A DNA stretch of 64,000 nucleotides from Octopus vulgaris (Eukaryota): assembly GCA_951406725.2 (NCBI GenBank), contig OX597814.1, positions 83,514,001-83,578,000 on the forward strand. Direction: 5' to 3'. Below are positions 11,815 to 27,900 of the stretch, piece by piece. The position numbers and the translations under genes are program-made. Below the pieces are notes generated by a model. It was not told the DNA's origin. It did no database searches and saw only the letters and a list, made by a program, of their open reading frames with translations. Numbering within the stretch: the first letter of the stretch is position 1; each line of letters begins with the position of its first letter.

Positions 11815-14502
11815 CATATATTTATATATATACAAATCGAAAATAAAAACAACAAAAGTTGAATGTATTGAATGTATTAATTTAACACTGAGTTTAAGAT
11901 GGAAAAATGTTGGAGTGTGTGACATCTTGAGCATGGCTCTTCATCAGAAAAAGACAAGATGAAAGGTCTGAAGAGAAGGAAAAGAATAGTCCAAGAAAAG
12001 ACCTTGTGTTGCTACATGGCAGAAGTGACCAGAAGTGTTTATATATTCTTTTATTCTTTTACTTGTTTCAGTCATTTGACTACAGCCATGTTGGAGCACC
12101 ACCTTGAAGGATTTTCATTGAGCAATTCAACCCTAGGACTTATTATTCTTAAGCCTAGTACTTATTCTATCACCACTATGTAACAGGATGTAAACACACC
12201 AACACCGGTTGTCAGTTGGTGATGGGGTGACAAACACAAAGACACACACTCACAAATATATACATATGATAGGTTTCTTTCAATTTCTGTCTACCAAATT
12301 CACTCACAAGACTGAACCCAGAACCATGTGGTTGGGAAGCAAGCTTCTAACCACACAGCCACGCCTGCAGCTATATATTTACTTGTAGAAATCAACTGTA
12401 ATATTACATCAAGTTTGATATTTATTGTGCATGAAACTATTGACTCTTGGGTCAGTTGTGTAAGTTTACATCCAATTTAAATATGCATACATAAAATATT
12501 CATTATATGTACATGTGCATACATGTATGTATATATTTATATAGATGAACAGACACAACACACAAAGTACCACTTTCTTTAACTTCCCATCAATAGTAAA
12601 CCTATGGTTGTTTTTGGAACAAAATAACTGTATCAGTATATCTTTCTCAACTTCTTATCATCATCATCATCATCACCACCACCTTACCATCACCATCATT
12701 GTTTTCATCTGCAATTCATTATCTCTCTCATGAGTATTGAACCCATATCACATCATGAGAAAAACTTGACTTACAAAAGCGGTTAGACACTAGAGGTATT
12801 AATGTATATTTGTATGTATATGCATGCAGGCCTATCTGTGCTAGAGAGTAGACACTATTTGTAGAAACCTGGAATACAAACTAGTGTCACATGGCTGCAA
12901 TCCAATGATTGAAACTAGTAAAAGTATAAACATCAAAAGTTTTCAAAAAGCATCCCACCCATGTTAACATAAAAATATCGATAATTTCCAGACTTTTTAC
13001 TTGTGACATAATCGATTATATGAGATGTTAGTGTGGCAGTCATGGAATGTTGTATACAATTTACTGTCAAGTTTGTTTTTCTTATCCTTATCTATGCTAT
13101 TCAGTGTGTGAGGAAAAAAAAGTGTTAAAGACATTATAGAGAAAAAAAATTGTTGATAAACTTTTTTTTTTCTGTTAAATATAAAGAAAACTGTTTTCAA
13201 TTTTCTATTTTCAGAATTATCAAAACGATGACTTACATGTTATTCCTTATTCACATTGAAACATGTGGTTACTATGCAGTGTCTGATTATGAAGGAATTG
13301 GTAGCAACCGATGGGTTTACAATGGCACTGGAAATGCGTGAGTTGATAAAACCTTTTTCTTCTTTCTCAGATATATCTACTATTATTTTGTTATACTTTT
13401 ATTATCTATTATTGAAGCTTGTGAAATGGTGGTAGAGTAGATTAGAAAAATACCCTTGCTTATTTAGTAGTTATCTTCTCTATTTTATGAATCCAGACTG
13501 TACCAACTGCTGGCATATTTAATTTTAGTTTCCTTTATATTGAGAGTTCAAATCTTACTGACTGCTGGCTTGCTTTTCACCTTTTTTGGTGAGCAAAATA
13601 CACACCTATCATATCCAGGAGATTATGTCAATTAAATATTTTCTTCTCCTACAAACGTGTGGCTCTGTATTACCATAAGAAAACATTATTAATATTACCT
13701 GGCTCTTTGGATTTATTTCTGCTGTGTTCCTTGCAATAATATACAGTAATCCTCTCTAGGCCTTTTTTTTTTTGCTTGGTAGTTCATTAGAGCCTTTCTT
13801 GCCTGTGGTTAGGTTCCATAAGTCATATAACAAATTGAAAATGCAAGTTTGTTCTGATAGAAAATCTCTATCATCACTGGGGTGTCTCTAGAATGGACTT
13901 GGTTCATGATAGTGTTTGAAGCAATGATCTGTTGATAATATTTTTATTACACAACTTTATACAAGAGTCATTTTTTTACTTCCAGTAATGTATATGTTTA
14001 TGTGTGTGTTTGTATACACACATATAGAAATAGATATTTATATGTATGTGTGTTGGTATGTATTCCATTAAATTATTACTACTTTACTGAATTCCATTTT
14101 ATCTTTTCCAGCTACATTAGGTGTTTCTATTTGGCTACCAAAACAGCAACTTCTATTGGTAATAACCCCAAACCCACCAATGAGCTAGAATTTGTATTTA
14201 TGACATTCTATTGGCTATCGGGGGTTTTTGTTTTTGCTCTTCTTGTTGGTCAGGTAAATGTTTTTCTTGTTTCTCTTTTCCCCTCTTCAAAGAATTTTAT
14301 ATGTATCTGAACTCTGATATTCTTAACTAGCTAAATATAAACAACTAAAAACTACATCCAAGAAACTTGTTAGTGGTTTGCATTGGTAAAAGTTGCACAG
14401 TGAAGTTTATATGCCTTGGAGAGAAGCAGATTGCAAGTCTGTGTTTTCTCCAAGAAAAAAGAAATGAAGTTTGCTCTCTCTCTTTCTCTCTATCTCTCTA
14501 TC

Positions 14503-14533
<31 letters not shown>

Positions 14534-14551
14534 TTTCTTTCTCTCTATCTT

Positions 14552-14588
<37 letters not shown>

Positions 14589-17500
14589 ACTCTCTCTCTC
14601 TCTCTCTCTCTACTCTCTCCCTCTCATTTCCTGCAGAGACAGAGGTTCAACTATGTTTATTTTGACCCTCTGTCTCTGCAGGAAATGAACCATGTCTCAG
14701 AAAAAGGTGGTAATCTGATGGTGCAAAGTCTGAAGTGTAGGCAAGGGTGAGGCAGTACTTCCAGCCCCTCACGTTTGCATTTGATCACATTGGCAGTGCA
14801 TGCTGGGACATTGGCATGCTGTAGGAGTGCACATCTTACATTGACCAATGCCCAGAAGAGGGCTTTTAAAGCATCAATATTGACTGCAGTTGTTGAGCGT
14901 AAAGGTTAGCATTCATAGTATTACCATCTTGGACAAACTCAAAGTGCAACATCACCTTGAAATTCCACCAAACACCCAACATGATCTTCTGTTCAAATTG
15001 CCCTTGTTTGACAACAGGTTCTGAAGCCTGACCAGAACAAGGCCACTGATTTCTTTCATTAGGAAAAAAAATAGATCCGTTTTTCATCCCCAGTTGAGCC
15101 TAGTCATTCATCAGTTCCTGAGGAGCTTCTTGACTGCATCTGTTGACAAGATTGAGCTTATGGAGGAGTCAATTGATAGTCCTTTGTGAATGACCAAGTT
15201 CTGCCAACAATGTACAAGCGCTTGTGCTTAGTTGTTGTTGAACCATTTCAAGTAAGGTCTCATCTTCCACAACTGAAGATTTCTCTGACCTTGGTTTGTC
15301 TTCGAAGCTGGTATCACCTTCTTTGAAAGATCTAAAACAGTTTTGTACCACATGTACATTGACAGTTTCTAGGCCTTCCACATCATTAATTTCTTTTGCT
15401 GCTGCCCTTGCACTCACTCCTTTTTTCCACAGATAGTGTAAAATGGCTCTAATTGCAATTTTTTCACCACTCATTATCAAAGTTGTAAAATAAAGAATAA
15501 GCAATTAATGTTTATCTGTTATATATGGAAATAAAAAATAAACAGTTCAGCAAAGGTTGGATAAGGTGTGTCAAATTAATGATATAACATAGTGATATAA
15601 GTTGCCAAAAATCATTAGTGAAATCAAAAATAACTTTTGACTTAATGTGATAAAAGAACAATCAAATTAATCATTTTGTTGGCTTTTCTGAATATTACCA
15701 TTCTGTCTTAGTTGTAAACATGCTTCCCCATGATTTATGTCATAAAATTCACTATCCTTATTACAAATGTTATGTCAGTTTATTGAGAAACATTTGGCTG
15801 CTACTATGCACTGGTTATTGCTGTAAAACCTTATTCAATAGTTGCATACAATCACTATTAACAGTATAAGCACTGTAAGATCAGGAAGTATATTGTTTAT
15901 TTAACATACTAAATTCCCTCCTGTAGGCCTCAAGAAGATAACAGAAACCCACTCCAGTATTTCTTTCCCAAAAAGTGCTTGTTATAGAGTCACCAAAAAC
16001 TATCTGCAACTCAATTTTGAAATCAAAAACTAATAAGGTATTTTTCAGAGCAACTAATGCCAGCTATTACAAAGATAGATTTCTACTCTTCCAAATTCCT
16101 TCCTCTTCTTTTCCTCATCACCCCCATATCAGAAATTATTTAAATTTAACATCAACCTCATTTCTAGTTTGAATTAAGGTGGGCCTAAAAACCTCATAAA
16201 TGCCACTTGAATCTTCCTTATAGTTTATTGATCTGTTTAATCTCCTTGCTGTCTATATTGACTGGTATCAGTCACATTTTATGACTTAACTCTTAAGATA
16301 GTGTGTCCCATAATAAATATTTAAAGACCACAATTAGAATATCAATCATGCAATGGAATTCAACTTAAATCAGTCACGTTTTATGTATCTCTAATCTGTA
16401 ATAAGCTTACCAGATATCTTTGTCTATTTGCACTCAGTTCACTGTGCATCATACATACATATATATGTATGTATGTGCACACACACATACATATATATAC
16501 CCAGTAAAAACATTAATTAATTTGAGAATGTTAACAAATAATGAATTGCTTTAAAAATTACAGAAATTATAGCTTATATGATTTATTCTTTTTTTAGTTT
16601 GTTTCAGGTTTTAATGTTTTTCTTCTGAAAAAATCTGATATTTGAGTTATTTTTCCACCATCAGTTTCCAATTTCTTCATCAACAGATCCGTGATATTGT
16701 ACATGCTGCAGGACAAGTAGAGGCAAGTTACAGAAAACAGATGGACATTACATCGTGGTACATGCAGTCTATAAATTTACCAAAAGAAGTGCAGGGAAGA
16801 GTCCGGCATTGGTTTAACTACAATTGGGAACAACAAAAAACTTTAGGTATATTCTTCACAGTTCACTATTTTACAGTTTTCCAGGATAGTTTGCCTTGTA
16901 TGATCATGCGATGTGTTGTGCATTAGAAGACATGTCATGTTAAGTAAAATTTTGGTTGTGGCCAGTCCCGGTGACACATAAAAAAGGCACTCATGCTGGT
17001 GACATATAAAAGACACCCACTCTGTAAAGTGGTAGTCATTAGGAAGGACATTCAGCAATTGAAACCAAGCTAAAATGGACTGGAGTCTGGTGCAACTCTC
17101 TCGATTCCCAGCTCTAACCCATGCCAGCATGGAAAATGGACGTTAAATGATGATGATGATGATGATTCAGTATTTATATTTATAGATTTTTGGTGTTAAT
17201 TGGTTTTGTAGTTATATTTAAATTCTTGCAGCTAACCAACCCAACTGTAATAACATGTGGATAGTATGGAACCTGTTTCTCAGCCCATTAGAACTAAAGC
17301 ATTTAGAATTCTGTATGAGTATTAGAAAACAATGTATAATCATTGTACTGGACTTCTATGTAAATAACCAACAATGATAATTTACTGGGGTCAGATAGAA
17401 AATGTGTCTAGTTCTTAGCTAACGACTTATAAATCAATGTTGGGTTGATGCCATTATTCTATATATAATTTTATTAGAACATTTAAATACAAAGAAACAT

Positions 17501-20500
17501 GAAATAAGAAAGAGAAGAAAAGAAAGAAAAGGGAAAAAAGTTGGGGGTGAGTAAAGCAACAGGAGATGGAGAGGGAATGGGCAATGAGCCACATACCACA
17601 GAACAAACGGTAATGACTGTGGTGGCATTGCCACAAAGAATGGCCTGTGACATTCATTGCAGCAGCCACTTCACTTCACAGGGCTTATTTCTCCAATGGG
17701 CCACCATTATCCCTATTTTGCAGATGAAATCAGTAGTATGGGGTCCTAGAACACCAGACTTCTCAACAGTGACCAGTACAAATTGATATTGCCTCTGAAA
17801 TACAAAATTAGACACTTGCCACTCTATTTAACCTGTAAGCAGATAAATGGTGACCAAGATGGTGCAAGAGAGATTGTAGTAATGTGGTGCTAATTATTGT
17901 GAGGAGGAGATGGAAGGATACTTGTAGGAAAAGTGGAAACTATTGTGGTGTAGTGTTAGTACTTACTATGGTGATGTCTTATAGTAGTGTTGTGGTACTT
18001 ATAGTGGTGCAATTGTACCCTTGGTAATGAAATGAGACCTATAGTAATCTCATGTTATGTGATGTAGTGTGATAGAGTCTGAAATGATAATGGAGAGGTT
18101 ATAGTGATTTCATAGTAACTGTAATGATATACTGGTTGTTTTTGTGGCATGGGAGTATACTGGTGTGGTTTATATAGGAATCAAATAATGAGAATAGAAT
18201 GAAATTGCTCTATACAAAATGCTGTAGTCTGCTGTTTAGCTCTGTTTGCATGGAAGAGATGAATTGCCATATAAATAAGTCACAAGTCTATCATAGGTAA
18301 TATTGGTTTCAAATTTTGGCACAAGCCCAAAAATTTTGGAGGAGGGAATAAGTTGATTACAGTACTCAGCTGGTATTTATTTTATCGAGCCCAAAAGGAT
18401 GAATGGCAAAGTTGACCTCAGCAGAATTTGGACTCAGAATATAAAGATGGACAAAATGCCACTAAGCATTTTGCCTAATGTGCTAACAATTCTACCAGCT
18501 TGCAGCCCTATCATAAGTAATATTTTTAGATCTGATATCTTTTCTACTTTCCATGTCTGTTTCTATCAGCAAGGTAAAGTGAAGCATATTGGATTATTTG
18601 TTGAAGCAGAGACAATGAAATGTTTGGTATCATTTTAATCTCATCATCATCATCATCGTTTAACATCCGCTTTCTGAGGTCTGGCAAACCAGATGGCTAC
18701 ACCAGGCTCCAATCTGATCTGGCAGAATTTCTACAGCTGGATGCCCTTCCTAACGCCAACCATTCCAAGAGTGTAGTGGGTGCTATTACATGCCACCGAC
18801 ATGAGGGCCAGTCAGGCGGTACTGGCAACAGCCACGCTCAAAGTATACATATACCTTATCCACTTGGACTGTTATCATGAGAAAATTCCAAGAGTGTATC
18901 TGTGTGCAGCAGTCAGTTACAAAGTTATCTAGATTACTTAGTTCTTGATAACTACTGTGGGAATTTTGAGCAAACTTACTCTGGCACTTGATGCTGATTT
19001 TACTGCTTAAACTGTATTGTTTACAAAGTTGTTAACTTAGGAAAGGCATGAATCTGAAGCAACAGAATTATCTATGACATCATAATTTTTATAATGCTTA
19101 TAGTTATGATGATGATTGAGATTTTAGAGAGCTAACCTAATTGTTTTACAGTTTCTAGTTTAATTCTTCAGCATCCTAAGCTAAAATCATATGAAGCTCA
19201 GCATCGCCCATCATCTTTCTAGAATCAGTAAGTTACCAGTAATAAACTACAATAAAATTGGTTAACTATATATAACTTTTTCTTCAAAGTATTTACCCTT
19301 GAATCTAGGAATGAAATCCTTATTTGGATGGGTCCACTCTTTATCTCTGTGATAAACCAGATATATCAAAATCATCTTTTGATGTACTGCTGACATTATG
19401 AATATCATCAAATGCTGTTAACATTTGGTACTAATATTTTTATCTATTTATTTATTTATTCTTAATAATGACTAAATATGTGTCTTTATATTTCAGATGA
19501 AAATTCTCTGATTGAGACTTTACCCCGGAAGATGAGAATAGACTTAGCAATTCATGTACATTATAGCACATTAAGCAAGTTAAAAATATTTCAGGTCTGT
19601 ATCAGTTTTAACTGAAAATTGTAAAGAGCTTTATGTTTTTAACATTGATTGGAAGTTTTACTTGCAATCTACAACCCTAAACCTAAAGCCTGTAGCTTCA
19701 TTTCTCAAACTTGAAAAAATGAATTTTTCTTGCAGTTTTCATTAAGATGAAATTGTCCTCAACTAAAAGCCAATATATTCTATAAAAATATTAAATCTTA
19801 CAAACTCCATTGACCACTCTAGATGATCCCAGATATTTAACATAATCCAGAATGTATCATAAAGTTTTGTTTCTCTAACAAGAATATACTTTGGCTGACT
19901 CTATGCAAAGCAAAACTGTAACATACACACAATAAAATATACTCAACAATTAGTATGACCTCCATGACATATGTTCCTCCGGATTGTATCCAGCTCTGCA
20001 CTATTAACCTGTCTTTATGGAGACCTGCTGAAAGTTAGCAACATCAGGCAAAGATGGCTGCAACTATCTGGTCACTGCTTGCACCACCCTGAACTAAAAG
20101 CATCTAAATTAGTCTTGTGGAACACACTCCCTAGTGATGTAAGAAGCGGAAAATCTCATCACACATCAACAACTTAATTGTAGAAACTGGTCTGAAATGT
20201 GTCCAAGACCTCAAGGCAGTGATAGTGATGTTTGACCGAGAAATGTGGCAGGTAGACTCTGTTGTTGTAGCCCAGGTTGGAACCTGACCATAATAATAAT
20301 AAACCTGTTTGGCAAGGTTTTATTTATAAGCATGTTACAATACTGACCAGTCATCAAAGCAAGTCTTCACTTTGTTTTTTTTTAATTAACAGTACAACCA
20401 CCTCCAGTCATCTGAATTACGAACTCTTTAACAACTCTGTTTAAAGGGACCTCTATGTCGTCACTCAATCTGCTAAAAAGTGCAGCCAAATCTCTCTTAA

Positions 20501-21873
20501 ATCAGACCCTACTACTTAAAAAAAATCAAATGATATACTGGATAATATAATATTAGATACACTATAGTTGAAAAACAAAAAATGAGTTAGGAACAGTTTG
20601 AGTACCTTTGATTATTGATGTACTGGATCAGGTTTCACCTGGGGATAAAGAACAACTCTCATTCAGTTCTCCTACTGCCCTTTATTGTCATCCATTCCAT
20701 ATCACCCTACTCCCAAATCCATACTTATACAAGTACAATCTTTTCTTCCAGCACTGCATCTTGTTAACTTAATTATCTCTAGTCTTCAGTCTTTGAAAGA
20801 TCAAAAGCACCCCTCCTCTTCAGATTATCAAAAGTACTTCTACACAACTAAGCATTATGATAAAGTAGATTTGGGTGAAACTTTAAAAATAAATGTCCAC
20901 ATTTAAATGATAATATTTAAATATATGTATGTAATATTTCAATACATAACATTGTAGCTCAATGCAGCCTTGTGAGTCACCAGATCCTATCAAACTGTCT
21001 AACCCTACCAGCATAGAAAATGGACATTAAATGATGACAACAATGTGTAGAGTTATTTGATAAAAATAGTGTATCAGTGTATTGGTGACATGCTCTAAGT
21101 TTACCTACCCTCTTTTCTCCTCTTTTTACTTTGTGAAAACTTTCATAAGTTATAAGCAAAGTTTCTATCTTCACTCAGGTGGTAAAGTGGCAGTAGAATT
21201 GTCAGATCATTGAATACCTTTCAGTATTTGTTTCAACTCTCTGTTCTCCATGTTCACAATTCAATGAGGTCAACTTTACCTTTCATCCTTTTGTGGGGGT
21301 CAGTAGAAGTACCAGTCCAGGGTAGTGGATCAGTAAAAATGTTAAAGCATCAGATGAGAGGCTTTGCAATATTTGTTCCAACCCTTTGTGTTCTGATAAC
21401 AATGCTTGCATGTCACGAGTACCAAGTTGTCTCGGCGCTGAAGTGCTGACTTTTCCCTCAAACAATATTGGCAACACAGAGAGGGGATACTCACATACAC
21501 AGGCAACCACCAGCCTTCCACAAAAACAACTTGCTCAAGCATGCTTATACAGATAGAGATAAATGATCAACCCTAACCAACAAAATGTCCCTCCCATCCT
21601 CTCTGGAAAATAAATAAAAGCAAGTATGCAATTTATAACTTCCACCTGAGACAATTTGTTATGTAAACTTACCTCAATACGAAATCTGTTTCATGTATAC
21701 ATTATTAAATAACTTTTAAACCATTTTTTTTCTTTAATAGGACTGCGATCAGAACTTATTATTTGATTTAGTTGCCAAGTTACGACCCGTACTTTGTCTC
21801 CCAGGAGATTTTATTTGTCACAAGGTTAGTCTATTCTCTAACTTCTACTTGTCTTTTAGTAGTCCATATGTCA

Positions 21874-21907
<34 letters not shown>

Positions 21908-24900
21908 AATATATGGTGGAGGTATCTCCTGCGTTCATTGATGAAGATTCAGTTGTTCGATCAACTGAATAACTTGCTGCTGAAGTAACATGTAAGTAGC
22001 CAAGCAATGCTTAGACATGTATATCCTTAACATGATTCTCAAGTAGAGTCAGCATGACACAGTCTGTGAGAAGGTTGTACCTTTTGAATTACAGGTACAA
22101 TCCACCTGCTGCACAGGCTTCTGGGCAGTTTATGCCGACCCAATTTCACACAGATTAGGTTTGACTAGAGTCATAATAATATTTGCCCAAAACACAATGG
22201 TATTAAACCTAGGATGTCTTGATTGCAAAGTGATCTTCTTAAAAATTTGACAATACTATATATTTATATATATATATATATATATTTTTATATATATGTA
22301 GAGAGAGAGAGAGATTGATATATATTTATGTGTGTGTGTGTCTGTATACACATACTTTTATTTTGTCAAGTATTATATTCCTGGATATGGCATATAACCA
22401 GTCAGAAAATTACCATTGGTTTCACATCTGCTACTGCACTTGGCTTATTAAAGCATGAAACCAGTGGTAACTTTCAGACTGGTTATGTGCCATATCCAGG
22501 AATATACTACTTGACAAAATAAAAGTATAACCTCTCAAATTCTTTTTTAGAGTGTGGTTTTTTCTAACTTATGGACAACTGATCCAGAATATATATAAGT
22601 ATATTCATGTGTGTATGTGTGTGAATATACAGGGTGGTCTGAAAATCTTGTTACCTCCTACCAAAAAGTAATGAGAACAATAGAAGAACAAGTAATGCAG
22701 TAATCTAAAGCACAAACTGGATTTGTTTATTCACTTTCATTGACACTGTCACACATCGAAAAGGTCTGTATGAACACCATTATTTTCGTGGCACAAAATG
22801 ATGCAGCACCATGTCGTGTGATATTTTTCAAAGCTATTTTGGTGATTGTTGCAAAGGCTCTCCGAACAGCGTCCTTCAACTGATGGGTTTTCTGGTATCA
22901 TTCATGTGAAATTCTTTCCTTGATAATACCTTACAGAGCATTATTGTAAGACATGAGGTCTGGACTTCTAGGCAGCCAGTCAACAGGTGCTGGAAGTTGT
23001 TGCAATCCTTGCCCTATCCATCTATTTCGCGGAAACTTCATTTAGGTATTCCTAGACAGTGATAGCATAGTGGAGTGAGGGCACCATCTTGTTGAAACCA
23101 ACAATCATTCAGCTCAACAGTCAACTTCTGGAGCTGTGGAACAAACCGTTCTCTTAACATGGCCAAGTAAGATTGCTGGTTAACAGTGCTCTCAAAGAAA
23201 TAGGGTCCTATCAGATGTTTACTTGATATGGCAGCCCAAATCATTACATGTGGGTGGGGGTTGTACTAAAACAAAAAAATAGTGATAATAATGACAATAA
23301 TAAACAATATGTAGGGGGTAACAAGACTTGGACCACCCTGTACTTTCACCAGTAGCTGTACAAAATATTTGATGAATCTTTTGCAGTCATGTTTTTTAAA
23401 GATTTTTCATCATATTTGCAATACTTGCAGAATCAGTAGATCATCATGGCAAATATCATGTGGTTGTTTACTTACATCCTTTACCTTCTGAGTTTGAATC
23501 CTGAAGATGTTGATTTTCATTTTTTTTCATTCAACATCAGCAAAATAAATACTGGTCAACTGTACCTCCCTCATCAAATATTTATGGCATTACATCTTAA
23601 AGGAGAAGCTTGCTCAGTGACACAACTAAATGGCTAGTGCAAGGTTTCAACTCATATCACCATATTTGCTTTGTAGTCTAGCACATTAACCTTACAGCCA
23701 TGCTATTTATTGTTCCTCTGAAATTGCTATTGTACATGAAGTATATTTTCTAAAATATTTTTGTTGTATCTCAGGAGGGTCATTCTATCAATAATCAACA
23801 TGCACTGATTCAGATTCACTTCTTTATCATTTCTCAATTCTAATTAATTGTTTGATTAATCAGTCAGTTAATTAATTAATCAATCAGTTATATTTGTCAG
23901 TCTTTTCATTGCCATTCACAACTTCTAGAGGGAGCATATCTTTGAAGAGGTCACATATGGTAACAGAAAGGCTTTCATAAGCATAACTTAGTAATTGATT
24001 AGTCAAAAATCAATTAGTTAATTTGTTAAATAGTTAACCAATTGTCAAATAATAAAGAAGTGAAATAGAACCAGTGTGTGTGTTTATTATTGGTATAATG
24101 AGCCTCGTAAAATACAGCAGAATCTGTTTCAATGAATGGCGTCACAAGAATCTTGCAAACCAAATACAAATGTGAAGAAATATTATTTTAGTCCTTGTAT
24201 TTACCATTAAGTTATAATGCTTTTTTACATTTTGTTTGGTGTTTTCATATGTGTATTTTGATAGTGATTTATTTTGCCTATTCTTCCTAGGGAGAAGTCG
24301 GTAAAGAGATGTACATAGTAAACAATGGGCAGGTGGAAGTAGTTGGAGGTTCAGATAACAACACAGTTTTGGCAACACTTCATGAAGGCAGTGTTTTTGG
24401 AGAAATAAGGTAAAAAAAATCTCTATGTTCTGTGTTTAAATGTGAATGGGTTGACTTTGCCTTTCATTTTTGTAGGTTTGATAAAATAATTACCAGTTGA
24501 GCACTAAGCTGATATTATCAACTAACCATTCCCCTAAAATTTCACTCCTTGTGCCTAGTAGAAAGAATTGTTTTGTTGTTCTACTTCTATTACCACCATC
24601 CACAAGAAAAATAAGAATAGTGTTTCACTGAAATATTATTACACTACTGCAATCACTTAAGATTGGGGTCATAGAATAGACAATTGAGGTTTGGTGTCTC
24701 TGATGACAGAATATGATCATTTCTTTTAGTCAGCCAGTATTAAGTATAAGTCATGGTTGATTGACTCAGAAGAGTAATGGCTCAATCAATCATGACCTAT
24801 AGTCAATATTTAGACATCTTATAATCTTTAATAGGTTGTAATTGCCATCAAATAATTCATCTTCTACTATGTCATAGGCAAATCAGCATGAGATCTTTCT

Positions 24901-27900
24901 GGGTTATTTACCTGGTGGTTAACACAGGGATGAGAAGTAAACGAAGTGAAATAACATGGCTTTACCAGAAACTGAACATGCAAACACAGACTTGGTTTGC
25001 CACTCTACAGCACTGACACCGCTTAACACTATACAATAAGAAAGTCATGAATAGTTTAAATCAGACCTGTTTGTTCCTCCCAAATGTACCTTAATTCTTC
25101 CCTTAACTCTTGCCACCTGTCATCTAATTTTTATACACTTTTGCCAATATCCAAAATTATCCTCTTTTTTATTGCTTGTTCTAGCTTGTTGGCGATATCA
25201 GGCAGTCGCAGAACAGCTGATGTCCGGTGCAAAGGCTATGTTAATCTGTTCATTCTATCAAAAGCTGATTTCAATGAAACAATGAATGATTACCCAGAAG
25301 CACAGAAGCTGTTGAAGAAACGGGCCAAGTAAGAAAACCAGATTCTATTGGAAAATGTAGAGGTAGTGTGAACCCATTGTTGTTAAAGTAATTCACTTTT
25401 AGATATTACAAGCTAGTGTTCAAACAAATATGAGTGAAGTGTTGTCTTCACACAGTGTTTTTCTGGTTTGAACTAATCCAAATAAGACCACCAGGTCTTC
25501 CTGAAAGACATAATGCTAAAAGCAAACTGTTATAATTGAATTTTGGATTATTTTCTAGTCAAGGTACATTTTGCTTCCACAGACTGCCTGTTTTACATCA
25601 TATACTTTTCTTACATCTTTACAGTGATATAGTTACCAGAAAAAGGCTATCCATTTATTGATTTATATGCTCCAAAACTATGTAAATTTGTGATCAGTTT
25701 CTTTCCCATGTTAGCATGGAAAATAAGCATAAAACAACAAGTGTTTGATCAAAATTATATCATTCATAGAAAACAGAAACACACTTTCATTCCAAGAGTG
25801 GAAACCAAAACATTCAGATGGTCCTGAGATTCAAATATACCTACCAGGCTGCGTGTGTTCTTAGCAGAGATACTTAACACTCTGTGGCACAGACCACCTA
25901 GCTATACAAAGTATATTCAATATCATAACTGAAACAGAATTGTGAAGCTCACAAAATTTTTCTTGCATTAAAGTGTTGGAATGAGAGCCCCTCTTAGACT
26001 ACTGGAGAAATGAGAGATGTTACCAGTAATATTATAGGCATGTACCATCAATAGAATTGGATTTCACCAATCCAGATTTACAGTCCAATTACAAGACAGT
26101 TTCATTTGTATTATATTATTATGGTTTCCTGGTGTGTGTCACTTGTCATCCTTACTGTATATAACTCTACTTCAGTTTTCTCATTTACTTTAATCACCCT
26201 TCCCAGACTAGCAGACCACTGAAATTCTCTTCCGTCCACACTATCCTATACATATCAACCTACAGAAGTTAGAACAATCTCACCAGTTCAAGAATTCCTA
26301 CAAAAACCCTGATCTCTGAATCTCTTCTGATTAATTGATACAAACAAAAAGCTCCATATTTTCTTCTCTAGAAACATCAAATTTTGGGGGTTAAATGAAG
26401 AGAGGAAGAAGTTATGCCAGAAGTTGTAAGTTTGGTAACAATACTAATAAGACAGTCAGCATAATGCCATGATGAACATTTAAATCTTCCTTATTGTCAT
26501 AATTTCTAACCTTGTCATTATTTTAGAAATTATTGTCATTATCATCATCATAATCATGCTGTTTTACTTTGCTCTAATCTATTGGACAAGCTTTTTAAAT
26601 ATCATCCCTCAAAATTTCTTGATCTTGTATTATCTTTGAGGCTTAATGTTTTCCAACTCCCTACTCTTTCATATTCAGCTTACTGCTGCTGGCTCAAGGG
26701 TACTGGTTGCATTTATTAATGTTCATTTAAATTATCTGTTGTCAGACAAATTAGCCAATTATTTTACATAGCATGATCAAAAGTATCTATCAATGGAGCA
26801 ATCAAACCTTCACTGGCTTACCTATGATAACCAATGGAATTCTACTTGCACTTATCAGAGGAGTTAAACTCAACATTGCAAGCCAACAGGGTACAGTTTC
26901 TTCTTAAACATGTGAACCATTCACTCAGTGGTACCTATTCAAAGCTGGGTGGACTGAGCTGTTGTGAGTTAAATGGCTAAAGACAACATAATACAGGCTA
27001 CACCACTAGTCATCTAATATCACTGGTATAATGCTAGTAATATTAGATGAGTAGGTTTCTCATGTAGATTTATGTCTAAAACAGATTCACTTAAACTTCT
27101 TCATTGTTATTTTCTGGATTTTGTTTTTGTTGTTTCCTTTTGTTTTGTTTTTGTAGGAAGCTTCTTAAAGAAAATGCCCGTTTAGCCAGACAAGAGGCTA
27201 AACAGGAATGTGAAGCTATCATCAAAAGTCCGAAAGAAACACCAAAATTTTTAAAAACTGTAATGAAGGTAACTATTTACATACCTGCCTTTTATAGTTT
27301 TATAAATTTTAATTTTTATTTCATTTTTCAGATTTAACCTTTTTCATACCAACCCAACTCTGATCACCTCAGATTCTATAATACAAAACTTCTCATTTTT
27401 AAAGCAGTCATATTTAAATTTAAAATTTCCACCATAACTTCATATAGGTATCTTTTAAATCATGTTCCATATACCAGCTCAATAACAATGAAAATATTCA
27501 CTAAATCACTCAAAATTCTTAATTATTTTCAAAGTTGATAGGCAGAAATACAATAACAAAAGAATTAAACTTTCTAAATTTTCATTGAAGACTGATTTTA
27601 CACACTAGCTATTTCTTACTTTCTTTGTATAAATGTGTGTAGATTTAAATGTATATTCATATTCATGATCTTTTACATTTCCACATATATTCACTAAGAG
27701 GGATATAAACATATATGTGCATGTGTGTAGCTAATTATTTATTATGCTTTTTGTATAGTAATAGTTTATATCAGACAGTTTATAGTATTGTTCATACAAA
27801 AGTTAGAATACTACAAAATATTTTAGAGTTTTTATTATCAATTTGCAATTTGGAAATTAAAATTTTACCACATTATTACAATTTTTTCAGTGAGCAGTCA

